Origin: Hydrurus foetidus
Taxonomy: Eukaryota
Length of the DNA stretch: 64,000 bases
Reading direction: 5' to 3'
Assembly: GCA_900617105.1 (NCBI GenBank)
Contig: UYFQ01000260.1
Coordinates: forward strand, 1 to 64,000
Within the stretch, counting starts at the first letter, position 1. Every line of letters begins with the position of its first letter. The translations under genes and the position numbers were made by a program. The notes beneath the pieces were generated by a model, which was not told the DNA's origin, searched no databases, and saw nothing but the letters and a program-made list of their open reading frames with translations. Of the stretch, positions 22,364 to 34,002 are shown in pieces.

Positions 22364-23268
22364 TCAGGGCAGCAGGTTCCGGCGCAGGGCAGGGACCGCG
22401 TCGGCCAGCGCCGTAGCCACCAGGGCCGAGACATAGTCGGCTCCCTCGTGACCCAGGTGCGTATAGTCAAAGGCCCGCTTGGGCGTGCCCATCGGCTCGG
22501 CCGCCGCGCTGTTCTGGACCGGTGGCGTTGCGACGGGCGGCGGCGGCGAGGGAACGGCGGCGCCGGGAATAGCCGGCTCGTAAAACCGCGCCTCGATGGT
22601 GGTCCCCGACCGGGCGGCGTCGCGCACGCGGGCGTCGGGCGGGCTCTGGGCCAGCCGCATGGCCTCGACCGGGCCCATGGCCTGGACGGCGGCGGCGCTC
22701 AGGGCGTGCAGATCGACCAGCGGCGTATTGGTCTCGGCCGCCACCTTGCGGGTGGCCTGGGCCCATGGACCCAGATCGTCGACCAGCTTGCCGTCCTTGA
22801 ACTGGCGGCGCGTCAGGGGCGTGACCAGCACCGGCTTGCCTCCGGCGGCGCGCACCTCTTCGACATAGCGCTTCAGATTGGCTGGAAACTCGGTGGCCAG
22901 ATCGGTCGACCGGCCCGGCTTGCCCGGCTGGTCGTTGTGACCAAACTGGATCAGCACATAGGTGTCGGAAAACCCGCCCGACTGGATCTCGTACATCGCT
23001 AGCTTCCACGAGCCCTCGAGCCGGTAGTTGCTGGTCGAGCGGCCGCCGCGCGCCAGGTTGATGCAGGCGACGAACGAGGTGACGTGCTTGCCGCAGAAGC
23101 TGGGGCCCAGCCGCTCTGAACGGCGGTGGTGAGTCGCCGATCAGCACGATCTTCGGGGATTTGAAGGGCGGCGGGTCGGCGTCTGGCGTCACTTGGGCCC
23201 AAGCCGGCATGGGGCGGCCAGCGGCGTAACCAGCAGGCGGCGGCGAGCAGGAGGGGATTCAGGCTCAT
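22364..23268 (-). CDS. SGNH/GDSL esterase, rhamnogalacturonan acetylesterase-like (frameshifted)
   Basis: IVLIGDS, NLARGGRSTS, YVLIQFGHND, DYTH; signal peptide. Confidence 0.88.
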
Positions 23269-23289
23269 TCTTGTTCTCCCACTTTTGAT

Positions 23290-23388
23290 TGTCATCCCGG
23301 GCGCAGCGCAGCGGAGACCCGGGACCGCGACAAACTCAGAGCTTCCGGCGGTCCGGCTCGGCGTGCTTCGCACTTGGCCGGGATGACA
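23290..23388. repeat. Palindromic intergenic repeat family A (TGTCATCCCGG...CCGGGATGACA)
   Basis: Terminal inverted repeats; related copies at 37813 and 45886. Confidence 0.85.
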
Positions 23389-23392
23389 GTTC

Positions 23393-25026
23393 TTAAGCCA
23401 GCGCCCGATACTTGAAGTTCCGGAACCGCGCCGAGCCCTTGCCGGCCGCGTAGAGGCCGGCTTCAGCATCAGGAACCCGCCGCGCACATTGTGATGGTAG
23501 CCGCTGACCTCCATGCCCCGGTCGAACCGCTTCCAGGTCGCGCCGCCCCCCTCCTCAAGATTGGCACTGCTGGTGTGGAAGCTGACGATGTGGCGGGTGT
23601 TGCGCAGCCGCATCAGCATTTTGGAGCCATGCGGATTGGCCGGGCGGCCGCGCTCGATGCCGTACTGGTGGGTGACGAAGTTCTTGGCGTCGAACCCCAG
23701 CCCGCAATAAAGCTGGCGGTCATAGAACAGGATCAGGCCGGCGCGGGTCTCGGGGTCGATGTCGATCTCGCACTCGATCTCATAGGCCTGGTCGCCATTG
23801 ACGAAGATCAGCGGCGAGCCGCTGCTGGGCGCCTCGCCCGCGCCCTTCAGAGTCAGGACGCCGTCCTGGCGTGACATGCGGTCCTGCTCGCCCGGCTTGG
23901 GATCAAAGAAGTTCCACTGCACGCCCAGCTTGTCGGTGGTGAAGTCGTCCGACAGCGCCATGCCGTGCGGCACGGCCTTGCCGCCCTTCGGCTTGGCGAT
24001 CGGCTTGGCCAGATCGCCGCCGCCGACCGTGAACCAGCCGTCCTTGGTCCAGGTCACCGGGGCCAGCAGGGTCTGGCGACCCAGGGTGTAGAAGCCGTTT
24101 TCATAGCCGTGATAGACCGTCCACCAGTCGCCGGCCGGGCCCTCGACCAGGGTGGCGTGGCCGCGCGACCACCACTTTTCCGAATTGTCGGTGGTCCGAA
24201 CGACCGGGTTATGCGGATGGTCTTCCCAGGGTCCCGCCAACGATCTGGCGCGCGCCACGATGACCATGTGGCCGGTCGGCGGGCCGGCTGTGCCGCCCAC
24301 GGCGGTCACCAGGTAGTAGTAGTCGCCCTTCTTCATCACCTTGGGGCCTTCGGGCGAGAAGCCTTCGACGTCCCAGTCTTCCGGATAGCGCCAGGGATTA
24401 TAGACGTGCTCGGGCTTGCCCACGGTCGACAGGCCGTCGGGAGCCAGCTGGACGCGGTCGCCGCCCGACAGGAACAGCCAGCGCACCCCGTGCTCGTCGA
24501 CCACGTGGCCCGGGTCGATATAGCGCGGCAGCTTCAGGTCGATGGGCTCGGACCATGGGCCCTCGATCTTGTCGGCCCAGATCACATAGCTGGTGTTGTT
24601 GCCCGGAAACTTGGCCGGCAGGTAGATGTAGTAGCGGCCCTGGTGCTTGCAGAGCTCGGGGGCCCAGATCGAGCCGACATTGGTCTTCAGGCTGGCCACG
24701 ACCGGCGCCCAGTTCACCAGATCCCGGCTGTGCCAGATCAGCAGGCCCGGATAGGCGTCGAATGAGCTGTGGGTCATGTAGTAGTCGTCGCCGTCCTTGA
24801 GGATCGACGGGTCAGGCCGGTCGCCGGCCAGGATGGGGTTGAGGAAGGTTCCGTCGCCCAGATCGGCCTTGCGCTGGCCCTCGACGCCCCTGGCCCAGGT
24901 CGGGGTTCCGGCGGGGGCGGGACCGGGCAGGGTTCCCATCTGGGCCTGGCTGGTGGCGGGAACGGCGGCTGCGGCCGCGCCGGTCAGAAGCGAGCCCAGG
25001 GCTCCGCGTCGGCTGATCTGGACCAT
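23393..25026 (-). CDS. GH43 beta-xylosidase/arabinosidase with Tat signal (frameshift near 3' end)
   Basis: SRRGAL Tat motif; NPILAGDRPDPSI, IWAPE, IDPG, EGPK, GHATLV; C-terminal SDDF domain. Confidence 0.93.
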
Positions 25027-25081
25027 TTTCGTGTTCCTTCCCAAGGCTACTGGCCGCGCGAACTGCTGTCGCGCTGGCGAA

Positions 25082-25130
25082 TGTTACCGGTCACCTAGCG
25101 GCAAGTTTCAGAGAATGTCCACCGGTGTCA
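25082..25130. promoter_or_regulatory. Two degenerate XylR/LacI-type operators (TGTTACCGGTCACC, GTCCACCGGTGTCA)
   Basis: Similar to the perfect TGTTAGCGCTAACA at 41366; upstream of GH43. Confidence 0.6.
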
Positions 25131-25195
25131 TGGCGATTTTCGCGGGACAACGCTGTCACCTGAACGGTCCTTGGGGAAGGGAAAACCGCACAGCA

Positions 25196-25227
25196 AAACG
25201 CCCGGGAGGCTGAACCTCCCGGGCGTC
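25196..25227 (-). terminator. Rho-independent terminator after xylE
   Basis: ACGCCCGGGAGG-ctgaa-CCTCCCGGGCGT with A-run on + (U-tail on -). Confidence 0.75.
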
Positions 25228-25256
25228 CTGATCGTGACGGCGTGGAAGCCGGGCGC

Positions 25257-26696
25257 CTAGCCCTGCATGTCTTCCAGCTCGGTGCCGCGCGTCTCGCGAA
25301 CCATCTTCTGGACGAAGAAGAACGAGACCAGGGCGCTGAGCGCGTAGAAGCCGTAGGTCACCGGCAGGCCAAGGCCCGCGGCCATGGCCGGGAAGCTGAC
25401 CGAGATGGCGAAGTTGGCCATCCATTGGGCAAAGCCGGCGACGGCCAGGCCCGAACCGCGGATCTGGTTGGGGAACATTTCGCCCAGCATGACCCACATG
25501 ACGGGCCCCCAGCTGAGGTTGAAGAACACCACATAGGCGTTGGCGGCGATCAGGGCGATCAGGCCGAAATTGCCCGGCAGGCTGAGCGCGCCATTCACCA
25601 TCGAGCCCTGGAAGAAGCAGTAACCCACGGCGCCCAGGGTGACGGCCATGCCGGCCGAGCCGATCAGCAGCAGCGGCTTGCGGCCGATCCTGTCGATCAG
25701 GGCGATGGCCAGGCAGGCCAGGATCGAGAGCGAGCCCGACAGGATGTTGATCTTCAGGCTGTCGTCTTCCGAGAAGCCCACCGACTGCCACAGCACAGAG
25801 CCGTAGTAGAAGACGATGTTGATGCCGACCAGCTGCTGGAACACGGCCAGACCGATACCGGTCCAGACGATCGGGCGCAGCTTCTTGGTAAGCGGGTCGA
25901 TCAGGTCGCTCATCTTGGGCTTGTGATGGTCGGCCGACAGCGAGGCGCGGATCTCGGCCACCTTCTTGTCGCCCTGGCCTTCGCCGAACAGGCGCGACAG
26001 GATCTTGGAGGCCTCGGCGTCCTTGCCCTTGGCGACCAGATAGCGCGGGCTTTCCGGGATCGACAGCAGGCTGAAGAAGAAGATGGCGGCCGGGATGACC
26101 TGCATCCAGAACATCCAGCGCCAGGCCGGGAAGCCCAGCCAGAAGATGGCGGTCGAGCTGCCGGCGGTGTGGGCCAGGATGTAGTTGGCCACGAACGCGC
26201 CGGTCAGGCCGGTGATGATCATGATCTGCTGCACGGACGACAGCCGGCCGCGGATGTTGGCGGGGGTGACTTCCGAAATATAGACCGGGCACAGCACGCT
26301 GGCGGCGCCCACGCCCAGGCCGCCGATCAGGCGGAAGGCGATGAACACCAGCGAGGTGTCCGAGGCGCCGGTGCCGATGGCGCTGACCAGGAACAGCAGG
26401 GCCGAGATCAGCATCACGGTGCGGCGGCCCCAGACGTCGGCCAGACGGCCGGCGGCGAAGGCGCCGATGGCGCAGCCGATCAGGATGGCGCCGACGTTCA
26501 GGCCGGTGCCCAGCTTGCTGAGGTTGAAGGCGCTTTCCAGGCCTTCCTGCGTGCCGTTGATGACGCCGCTGTCATAGCCGAACATGAAGCCGCCAATGGT
26601 GGCGACGGCCACGATCGCGGCGATAAAGCCCATATTGACCTTGCCGCCGTCGGCGCTCATGCCCGGGCTCGGGCCCGCGCTGGTTACTGAAGCCAT
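25257..26696 (-). CDS. xylE: Sugar porter MFS xylose/H+ symporter
   Basis: GGFMFGYDSGVING, DVWGRR, PESPRYL, QQLVGIN, WGPVMWV..EMFP, ETRG.ELE. Confidence 0.92.
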   Translation of the reverse strand: MASVTSAGPSPGMSADGGKVNMGFIAAIVAVATIGGFMFGYDSGVINGTQEGLESAFNLSKLGTGLNVGAILIGCAIGAFAAGRLADVWGRRTVMLISALLFLVSAIGTGASDTSLVFIAFRLIGGLGVGAASVLCPVYISEVTPANIRGRLSSVQQIMIITGLTGAFVANYILAHTAGSSTAIFWLGFPAWRWMFWMQVIPAAIFFFSLLSIPESPRYLVAKGKDAEASKILSRLFGEGQGDKKVAEIRASLSADHHKPKMSDLIDPLTKKLRPIVWTGIGLAVFQQLVGINIVFYYGSVLWQSVGFSEDDSLKINILSGSLSILACLAIALIDRIGRKPLLLIGSAGMAVTLGAVGYCFFQGSMVNGALSLPGNFGLIALIAANAYVVFFNLSWGPVMWVMLGEMFPNQIRGSGLAVAGFAQWMANFAISVSFPAMAAGLGLPVTYGFYALSALVSFFFVQKMVRETRGTELEDMQG

Positions 26697-26775
26697 AGGT
26701 TTCCTCCCCGTGGCCCGAAGGCCGTGTTCAATCCCTGAGCGTCCTTGATGAAGCGCTCGTTAGCCACGACCTTAG

Positions 26776-26789
26776 TGTTACCGGTATCA
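26776..26789. promoter_or_regulatory. XylR-type operator TGTTACCGGTATCA upstream of xylE
   Basis: Near-palindrome with the same TG.TA.CG.TA.CA pattern as the xylX operator. Confidence 0.7.
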
Positions 26790-26974
26790 GCGCGCAAGCG
26801 GTGAGACTGGGGTGGGTGGCGCCCTCCCATAACGCGGGCATCACCCAAGTCTGACCGAGGCCTAGCGTGCGTAACCGTTGCAGCAAAACCCCACTCCATG
26901 TCCAAGCGAAACATTGCCGAAAAGACAGTTGATCCCGATGTCGCGGCGCGGTCTACAGCGCAACAGGCAGTAAC

Positions 26975-27006
26975 TATTTACAGTTGTAGTTATTTACAGT
27001 TGTAGT
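26975..27006. promoter_or_regulatory. Exact 16-bp tandem repeat (TATTTACAGTTGTAGT)x2, each with TACAnnTGTA (BlaI/MecI/CopY-type box)
   Basis: Boxes at 26979-26988 and 26995-27004, ~50 bp before the TonB receptor ATG. Confidence 0.65.
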
Positions 27007-27055
27007 GCTGAAGCGTCGGGCTATCTCGCTCGGGGCTCAGTCCCCGGGAGCTTCC

Positions 27056-29283
27056 ATGCGTCTGAAACTTCTGTTCGTGGCGACCGCGATGGTCCTGCCC
27101 GGCCTGGCCATGGCCCAGACGATCCCCGCCCAGACGCCGCCGCCCAGACGCCTGCCGCCCAGACGCCTGCCGCCCAGACGCCCGCCGCCGCCAAGCCTGT
27201 GGACAAGTCCGCCCCGACTGCTGTCGAGGGCGTGGTGGTGACCAGCGATTCTACCGCCATGCGCACCTCGATCGACCGCCGCAGCTACAGCGTCGCCAAT
27301 GACCTGTCGGCCCGCACCGGCTCGATCGCCGACGCCCTGCGCAACGTCCCCTCGGTCGAGGTCGACGTGCAGGGTAATGTCAGCCTGCGCGGTGATCCCA
27401 ACGTCACCATCCTGATCGACGGCAAGCCGTCTGGCATGTTCAACGGCGACGGCAAGGCCGACGCCCTGCAGCAGCTGCCCGCCGACCAGATCGACCGCGT
27501 CGAGGTGATGACCAACCCGTCCGCCGCCTTCCGCCCCGACGGCTCGGCCGGGGTGATCAACCTGATCACCAAGAAGACCAACAAGGCCGGAACCACCGGC
27601 TCGATGCGCGCCAATATCGGTTCCGACAGTCGCTATAATGGCGGCGTCAGCGCCAGCCGCCGCCAGGGCAAGCTGACCCTGTCGGGCGACGCCGGCTATC
27701 GACGCGACGTTCAGCAGTTCGTCTCCGAGACCGACCGCGCCATCCTTGATCAGACCAGCGGCCGGTTTCTGCCCAGCACCCAGGATCTGGACTCCCAGAA
27801 CAAGAGCGACGGCCTGAACCTGCGCGGCGGGCTGGACTATGATCTGGACAAGCAAAACCGCCTCAGCGCCGAGGTGCGCTATCGCGGCATGGCCATGGAT
27901 AGCGACAGCCGCGAGCTCTATTCGGCCCGCAACGCCGCCGGCGCGGTCTCGCGCAGCTATGAGCGGCTGACCCAGGGCGAGATGAACCGCGACAACGGCG
28001 CGATCAGCGCCGACTGGCGCCGACAGCTGACGGGCGCCGGCCATGAACTGACCGCCCACGCCGAATGAGGTCACCAGCTTCGCGCGACGCCACGGCGTGA
28101 CCCGCAACAGTCCGGGCGTCGACAGCTATGAGACCTTTCGGTTTCGGCATCGACCAGACCCGCGCCAATCTCAAGGTCGACTACGTCAAGCCGCTGCCAG
28201 GTGATGTGAAACTGAAGGCTGGCGTCGACCTGGAGGTCGGCGAGAACGACTATGACAACCGCCGCGCTGTCGGCCTCGCGCCCGGCGCCCTGGTCGTCGA
28301 CACCGCGCGCACCAACCGCTTCCTGTACGATCAGGACGTCCTTTGCGGCCTATGTCACCTATGAGCGGCCGTTCGGCGACTTCACCGTGCAGGGGGGGCT
28401 GCGGGCCGAGCAGGTCAATATCGATACCCACCAGCTGACCTCGAACCAGAAGAACAGCAATGACGATTTCAAGGTCTATCCCAGCCTGTTTCTGAGCTAC
28501 ACTCTCAATGAAAACAACACGCTGAGCGCCAATTACAGCCGCCGCATCCAGCGGCCTCAGGCGCAGGACCTCAATCCCTATCCGGTCTATCAGGACCCCT
28601 ACAACTACCGGGCCGGCAATCCCGACCTGAAGCCGCAACAGACCGACGCCTTCGAGCTGGGCTGGCAGTACCGCAAGGGCCAGACCTATTATCTGGCCAC
28701 CCTGTATCACCGTCGAAACACCCAGAGCGTCACCGACGTGGTCACTGATCTGGGCGGCGGCGTGCTGCTGACCACCAAGCAAAACCTGGGCAAGAACAAC
28801 AGCACAGGCCTGGAGCTGGCAGCCAATGGCCGCCTGACCCCGACCCTGACCTACAGCGTCAGCAGCAACCTCTTCCGCAACGAGATCGCCGCCGCCAATC
28901 TGGGCTTTTCGGGCACGCGCGAGGACACCATGGTCTCTGGCCGCGCCAATCTGAACTGGCAGGTCACGCCGAAGGATTTCCTGCAGGTCAACGCCATCAG
29001 CTCGGGCCGTCGCCTGACCCCGCAGGGCTATCGCGAGCCGTTCAGGATGCTCAATCTGGGCTATCGCCGGAAGATCAATGACAAGCTGTCCTTCGTGGTC
29101 ACCGGCCAGGATGTGCTCAACACCATCGAGGACACGGTGATCATCGACACCCCGACCCTGCGCGACACCACAAGTCGCCAGCCCAGAGTGCGGGCGGTGT
29201 TTGTCGGCTTCACCTGGCTGTTCGGTGGCGGCAAGCAGCGCGAGCCGGGCTTCGACTTCAGCGGCGCCCAGGTCGGCAACTGA
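27056..29283 (+). CDS. TonB-dependent outer-membrane receptor (frameshifted)
   Basis: Signal peptide; TonB box-like VEGVVVT; plug LRNVPSV..SLRG..ILIDG..IDRVEVMTNPSA..GVINLI; GNPDLKP. Confidence 0.92.
27127..27189 (+). repeat. ~15-bp tandem repeat encoding an (AAQTP)n linker
   Basis: cgcccagacgcc(t)gc repeated about four times after the signal peptide. Confidence 0.8.
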
Positions 29284-29358
29284 AACCCCCGCCGGCTGGC
29301 TGTGACGCTGGGTGATTTCATGTCATAGCGCGACCCTCAAACGGGATCGGGAGCGTCC

Positions 29359-30327
29359 ATGAGCGTCGTTGCGGCCATCGCCTATGTGGATGGGAAACGG
29401 TCCCGCACCCTGGACCTCGAGGCTCCGGACGACCTTGTTCCGCGTGAGGGCGAGTTCGTCTGGATCGGTCTGCTGGAGCCGAGCAAGGCCGAGCTGACGG
29501 TGCTGCAGGACCGCTTTGGCCTGCACCCCCTGGCGATCGAGGACGCGCTGCACGCCCGCCAGATGCCCAAGGTCGATCTGTACGGTGACCAGCTGTTCGT
29601 GGTGGCCAAGACCGCCCAGCTGATCGAGGGGCGCATCGAGTACGGCGAGACCGACATCTTTGTGGGGCCCCGCCACCTGATCACGGTGCGCCACGGCTCG
29701 GCCCGGGCTCATACCGATCTGCGCGAGCATCTGGAGGCCACGCCCCGCCTGCTGGCCCACGGCGGCGACTATGTTCTGCATGCGGTGCTGGACTTCATCG
29801 TCGACGGCTATCTGCCGATCGTCGACGCCATCGACGACGAGATGGCCGAGATGGAGCGGCGGGCGCTGGACAACTTCCTGAGCCGTTCCGAGGTGGCCCG
29901 CATCTTCACCCTGCGGCGCGAGCTGATGCGGTTCCGCAAGCTGCTGGGACCGATGGAGCAGGTGGCCAGCGAGCTTGAGCACCACGACATGCCGTGCATC
30001 GACGCCGAGGTGAAACCCTATTTCCGCGACGTGCGCGACCACATCGCCCGGGTCGCCTCGCTGGTCGAGGGGCTGCGCGACGTGCTGACCTCGGTGTTCG
30101 AGGTCAGCTCGCTGCTGGAACAGCAACGCCAGGGGGTGATCACCCGGCAGCTGGCGGCCTGGGCCGCCATGCTGGCCGTGCCCACCGCCATCGCGGGCAT
30201 CTACGGGATGAACTTCGAGCACATGCCCGAGCTGACCTGGACCTTTGGCTATCCCCTGGCTCTGAGCGTGATCGTCGGCGTCTGCCTGTTCCTGTACTGG
30301 CGGTTCAAGAAGACCCGTTGGCTCTGA
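29359..30327 (+). CDS. corA: CorA Mg/Co transporter
   Basis: LHPLAIEDA; AGIYGMNFEHMPEL signature; two C-terminal TMs. Confidence 0.95.
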   Translation: MSVVAAIAYVDGKRSRTLDLEAPDDLVPREGEFVWIGLLEPSKAELTVLQDRFGLHPLAIEDALHARQMPKVDLYGDQLFVVAKTAQLIEGRIEYGETDIFVGPRHLITVRHGSARAHTDLREHLEATPRLLAHGGDYVLHAVLDFIVDGYLPIVDAIDDEMAEMERRALDNFLSRSEVARIFTLRRELMRFRKLLGPMEQVASELEHHDMPCIDAEVKPYFRDVRDHIARVASLVEGLRDVLTSVFEVSSLLEQQRQGVITRQLAAWAAMLAVPTAIAGIYGMNFEHMPELTWTFGYPLALSVIVGVCLFLYWRFKKTRWL

Positions 30328-30345
30328 CCCGCCGGGCCGGGCGGA

Positions 30346-31221
30346 TCATTTGGCCGCCTCGACCTTGTCCTGGGTCTTGGTGTCAAAGTCGCTGGCCTCG
30401 TGGCGTTCGCGCAGCTGGCTGGAGGGCTCGCCGAACACGCGGTTGACCATGCGGCCACGCTTGACGGCGGGGCGCGCGCCGATGGCGTCGGTCCAGCGGA
30501 TGACGTTCTTGTAGTCCTGCACCGACAGGAACTCGCCGGCCTCGTACAGCAGGCCCTTGGCCATGCCGCCGTACCAGGGCCAGATGGCCATGTCGGCGAT
30601 GGTGTAGTCGTCGCCCGCGACAAAGGCGGTCTCGCCCAGGCGGCGGTCCAGCACATCCATCTGGCGCTTCACCTCCATGGCGTAGCGGTCGATCGGATAT
30701 TCCATCTTGTAGGGCGCATAGGCGTAGAAGTGGCCAAAGCCGCCGCCCAGGAACGGCGCGCTGCCCATCTGCCAGAACAGCCACGACAGGCACTCGGCCC
30801 GCGCCGCGGGCTCGGTGGGCAGGAGGGCACCCGAACTTCTCGGCCAGATGCATCATGATGGCGCCGGACTCGAAGATCCGGATCGGCTCTGGGCCGCTGT
30901 GGTCGACCAGGGCCGGGATCTTGGAATTGGGATTGGCCGAAACAAAGCCGCTGCCGAACTGGTCGCCGTCGCCGATATTGATCAGCCAGGCGTCATACTC
31001 GGCGCCGGCGTGCCCAAGGGCCAGGAGCTCTTCCAGCAGGATCGTCACCTTGACGCCGTTGGGCGTGCCCAGGAGTACAGCTGAAGTGGATGACGGCCCA
31101 CCTTCAGGGGCTTGTCATGGGTGGGGCCAGCGATCGGTCGGTTGATCGACGCGAACTTGCCGCCGTTCTCTCGGTTCCAGGTCCAGACCTTGGGCGGCAC
31201 ATAGGCGGGGGCGTCGGACAT
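30346..31221 (-). CDS. yghU: Glutathione-dependent disulfide oxidoreductase (GST nu class), frameshifted
   Basis: YVPPKVWTW..FASINRP.AGPTH, NPNSKIPAL, FESGAI, RERHEASDF. Confidence 0.92.
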
Positions 31222-31420
31222 GGCAGGCTCCTGGTGACGTTCGAGCGCTTGGGCGCTTCTGGCATGGATCAATGTGGCGGGTCATGCGTGACTGCGCCAG
31301 TGCAGCCGGCGGTATTTGATCGCCGATCGACGTTTCCCTAGGGTATCCAAGCCGCTAGGCGAGTTTCGGGAAAGCGGCGAGTCGATCACGACCGGCGTGG
31401 GTTGCTTTTGGGGTGGATGG

Positions 31421-32484
31421 ATGTCGAAGTTTTCGGGCCTGATGGCCGCGCTGATCCTGACCTGCGCGCCGGGCCTCGCCACCGCCCAGGCTCCTGACAG
31501 GCCGGCGGTCGCCGCGCCGGTCAAGGCCATCCACGAGGAAGGCTTCGTCCGCATCGGCGGGATCGAGCAGTGGGTCACGATCCATGGCGACGACCGCTCC
31601 AGGCCGGTGATCCTGATGGTGCACGGCGGTCCGGGCAATCCGATGACCCCCTACGCCAATCCCTATTTCCAGGCGTGGGAGAAGGACTTCGTCATCGCCC
31701 AGTGGGACCAGCGCGGCGCGGGCATGACCTTCGGCCAGAGCCCGCCCGCCGAGGGCGAGTCCCTGACGGTGGAGCGCCTGCGCGACGACGGGATCGAGGT
31801 GGCGGCCTACGTCAACCAGCGCCTGGGCAAGCAGAAGCTGATCCTGATGGGCGGGTCGTGGAGTTCGATCCTGGGCACGCACATGGCCAAGGCGCGGCCG
31901 GACCTGTTTCATGCCTATGTCGGCTCCTCGCACCTGGCCCGTTGCGCCGACAACCTGAAGGCCAGCTATGACCGAACCCTGGAGCTGGCCCGCGCCGGCG
32001 GTGACCAGGACGCGATCGGCAAGCTTGAGACCGTGGGTCCGCCGCCCTGGACCAATCCGCGCAACTTCGGGATCATCCGTCGCATCACCCGCAAGTACGA
32101 GGCCGCCCGCACCGATCCGGCGCCGGCGGAATGGATGGCCCGCGCCCCCGCCTATGAGACTCCCAAGGCCCTGGCCGACTACGAGGGCGGCGAGGACTAT
32201 TCCTACATCGAGTTCGTCGGCATGAAGGGCGAGGGGATGTATTCGAAGACCGACCTCTACGCCCTGAGCCCCAAATTCGCCCTGCCGGTCTATGTCATCC
32301 TGGGCGAGCAGGACCTGATCTCGACCCCCGAGGTCGCCCGCGCCTGGTTCGACACGCTGCAGGCCCCCGATAAGGCCTTCGTGCTGCTGCCGCGCACCGG
32401 CCACGATCCCAATCCGCCATGGCGGCGGCCCAGCTGGAGATCCTGAAGACCAAGGTGCTGCCGCGGATCGGCAAGGGCGGCTGA
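31421..32484 (+). CDS. Secreted alpha/beta hydrolase (proline iminopeptidase-like)
   Basis: Signal peptide; VHGGPG, WDQRGAG, GGSWSS, GH near C-terminus. Confidence 0.85.
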
Positions 32485-32539
32485 GGGCGCAGGCCCGGTT
32501 CAGGCGAGGCGTGCCGCTGAGGATCGTCTCGGGCGCCGA

Positions 32540-33077
32540 CTATGATCCTGTCGCGGGGAATTCCAGCAGCCGGGTGTCGTAGCCCAGCGCCTTGGCGCGT
32601 TCGACCAGCTTGGCGGCCTGGGCCTGGCCGGTTGAGGGGCGCGTGTAGATCCACAGATCGTGGAAGCGGGGATCGGCCGAGATGAACCAGCTGTAGTCGT
32701 CCGCCCGCTCCAGAACCCAGTAGTCACGCGGGATCCGGAACAGGCTGAAGACGCGATAGCTGACGCAGCTTGGCGTTTGTCCCCGGATCCATGATGCGCG
32801 CCGGGCCGCCGATGGTCTTCAACTTGCCCGTCGGTGATCCGGCGCGACAGAAGTCCAGCACCGTGACCTTGTCGCCGCCGCGCGGCGTGTAGGTGGTGCC
32901 GCCCGCCACGCAGCCATCGGTGAGCGACATGGGCCGTCGTCCGATCTCGTACCATGTGCCGGTGTAGAACCGCGCCGCGTCAATCGTCGTGGCCGGTTTC
33001 AGGACGCTGGTGGACGCGCCCGTCGAGGCGCACCCCGCGAGGAAGAGCAGGCTCGAAGCGATCAGCAGGGCGCGCAT
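32540..33077 (-). CDS. Bacterial lipocalin (Blc-like lipoprotein), frameshifted
   Basis: Lipobox LAGC; DAARFYTGTWYEIGR; YWVL; KALGYD. Confidence 0.85.
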
Positions 33078-33228
33078 GGAGAACTCCGTCTTGAGGCTCA
33101 AGCTACGGATCGATGCGCCCTGCGGATGCTTGGCGGGGGAGGGGCCGTCTTCCCAGGCCACCGCGGCAAGGATTGGAGCCTAGCGCCCCCCACGGGCTGG
33201 TGGGTCCGCTGCCTGAGGCGGCGAAGCG

Positions 33229-33804
33229 TCATTGCATGATGACCCCGCCGTTCAAGACCAGCCACAGGACTAGAAGCGTGGGCACGATGACGCGATGAAC
33301 GATCATGCGCTGCACGACGATGAGTGCAATCAGAGGCAGGCAGTAGATGGGAAGCTCCCATCCCCAGTCGAAGAACCACTGGATCAGGCGCTCCGCGCTT
33401 CCCAGCCTGTTGAGCACGCCCGCCGCCGCAAAGGCGACGATCATCCCGATCAGGGCGCTCCAGACATAACGGTTCGAGGATCGGTAGTGATCCATCATGT
33501 CTAGGTCCAGGGCTTCACCCTCGTCCGGCAGAACGGCCTTGGCGGCCAGGAACATGCAGATCAGCTGGATCAGGATCAGCAGGAACTGCCACAGCGGCGT
33601 GTTGGTCCAGTCGGTGTACCAGGCGATCCACCAGCTCCGGACGATCACTACAAAGACCAGGCTGGCGGCCGTCATGGGCAGCCAGTCCCAGCGCGTGCGG
33701 CCAAACCGCCGCAGCAGGGCGTGAACGCTCACGACCATGTCGCTGATCGCCAGGCCGGTGATGATGGCCAACAGGCCCAGAAAATATTCTTTGATCTCCA
33801 CCAA
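33229..33804 (-). CDS. Hypothetical multi-pass membrane protein
   Basis: Intact 191-aa ORF, GTG start after GGGGGA, ~6 hydrophobic segments. Confidence 0.75.
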   Translation of the reverse strand: MVEIKEYFLGLLAIITGLAISDMVVSVHALLRRFGRTRWDWLPMTAASLVFVVIVRSWWIAWYTDWTNTPLWQFLLILIQLICMFLAAKAVLPDEGEALDLDMMDHYRSSNRYVWSALIGMIVAFAAAGVLNRLGSAERLIQWFFDWGWELPIYCLPLIALIVVQRMIVHRVIVPTLLVLWLVLNGGVIMQ

Positions 33805-34002
33805 AAGTCCCCCCTGCCGTCTCTTGAAGCGGAACGGTTGGACGCCAGTCGCAGCATGATTCCATCAGGGTCGTGAACCCGCGCGTATCGGGCCGCGCGG
33901 GCGGTCAGGTTTCGGGGGTGACAGGGCCTGCAAACAAATGGCATGCTCATTGCCATATTATCCGCCCGGAACGGTTCGGGCGGTGGATCCCGGAGCTTTC
34001 CG

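Noticed and set aside
22999..25044. GH43-esterase fusion reading through the repeat
   Set aside because: A frameshift near 23455 bypasses the GH43 stop at 23393, and the esterase has its own RBS and signal peptide.
26813..26847. Hairpin with CCCTCCC loop between xylE and the TonB receptor as an sRNA
   Set aside because: Single imperfect hairpin overlapping probable promoter DNA, with no terminator; insufficient support.
27127..27189. Possible CRISPR or phase-variable repeat
   Set aside because: No spacers or cas genes; the unit is ~15 nt, encoding a low-complexity AAQTP linker.
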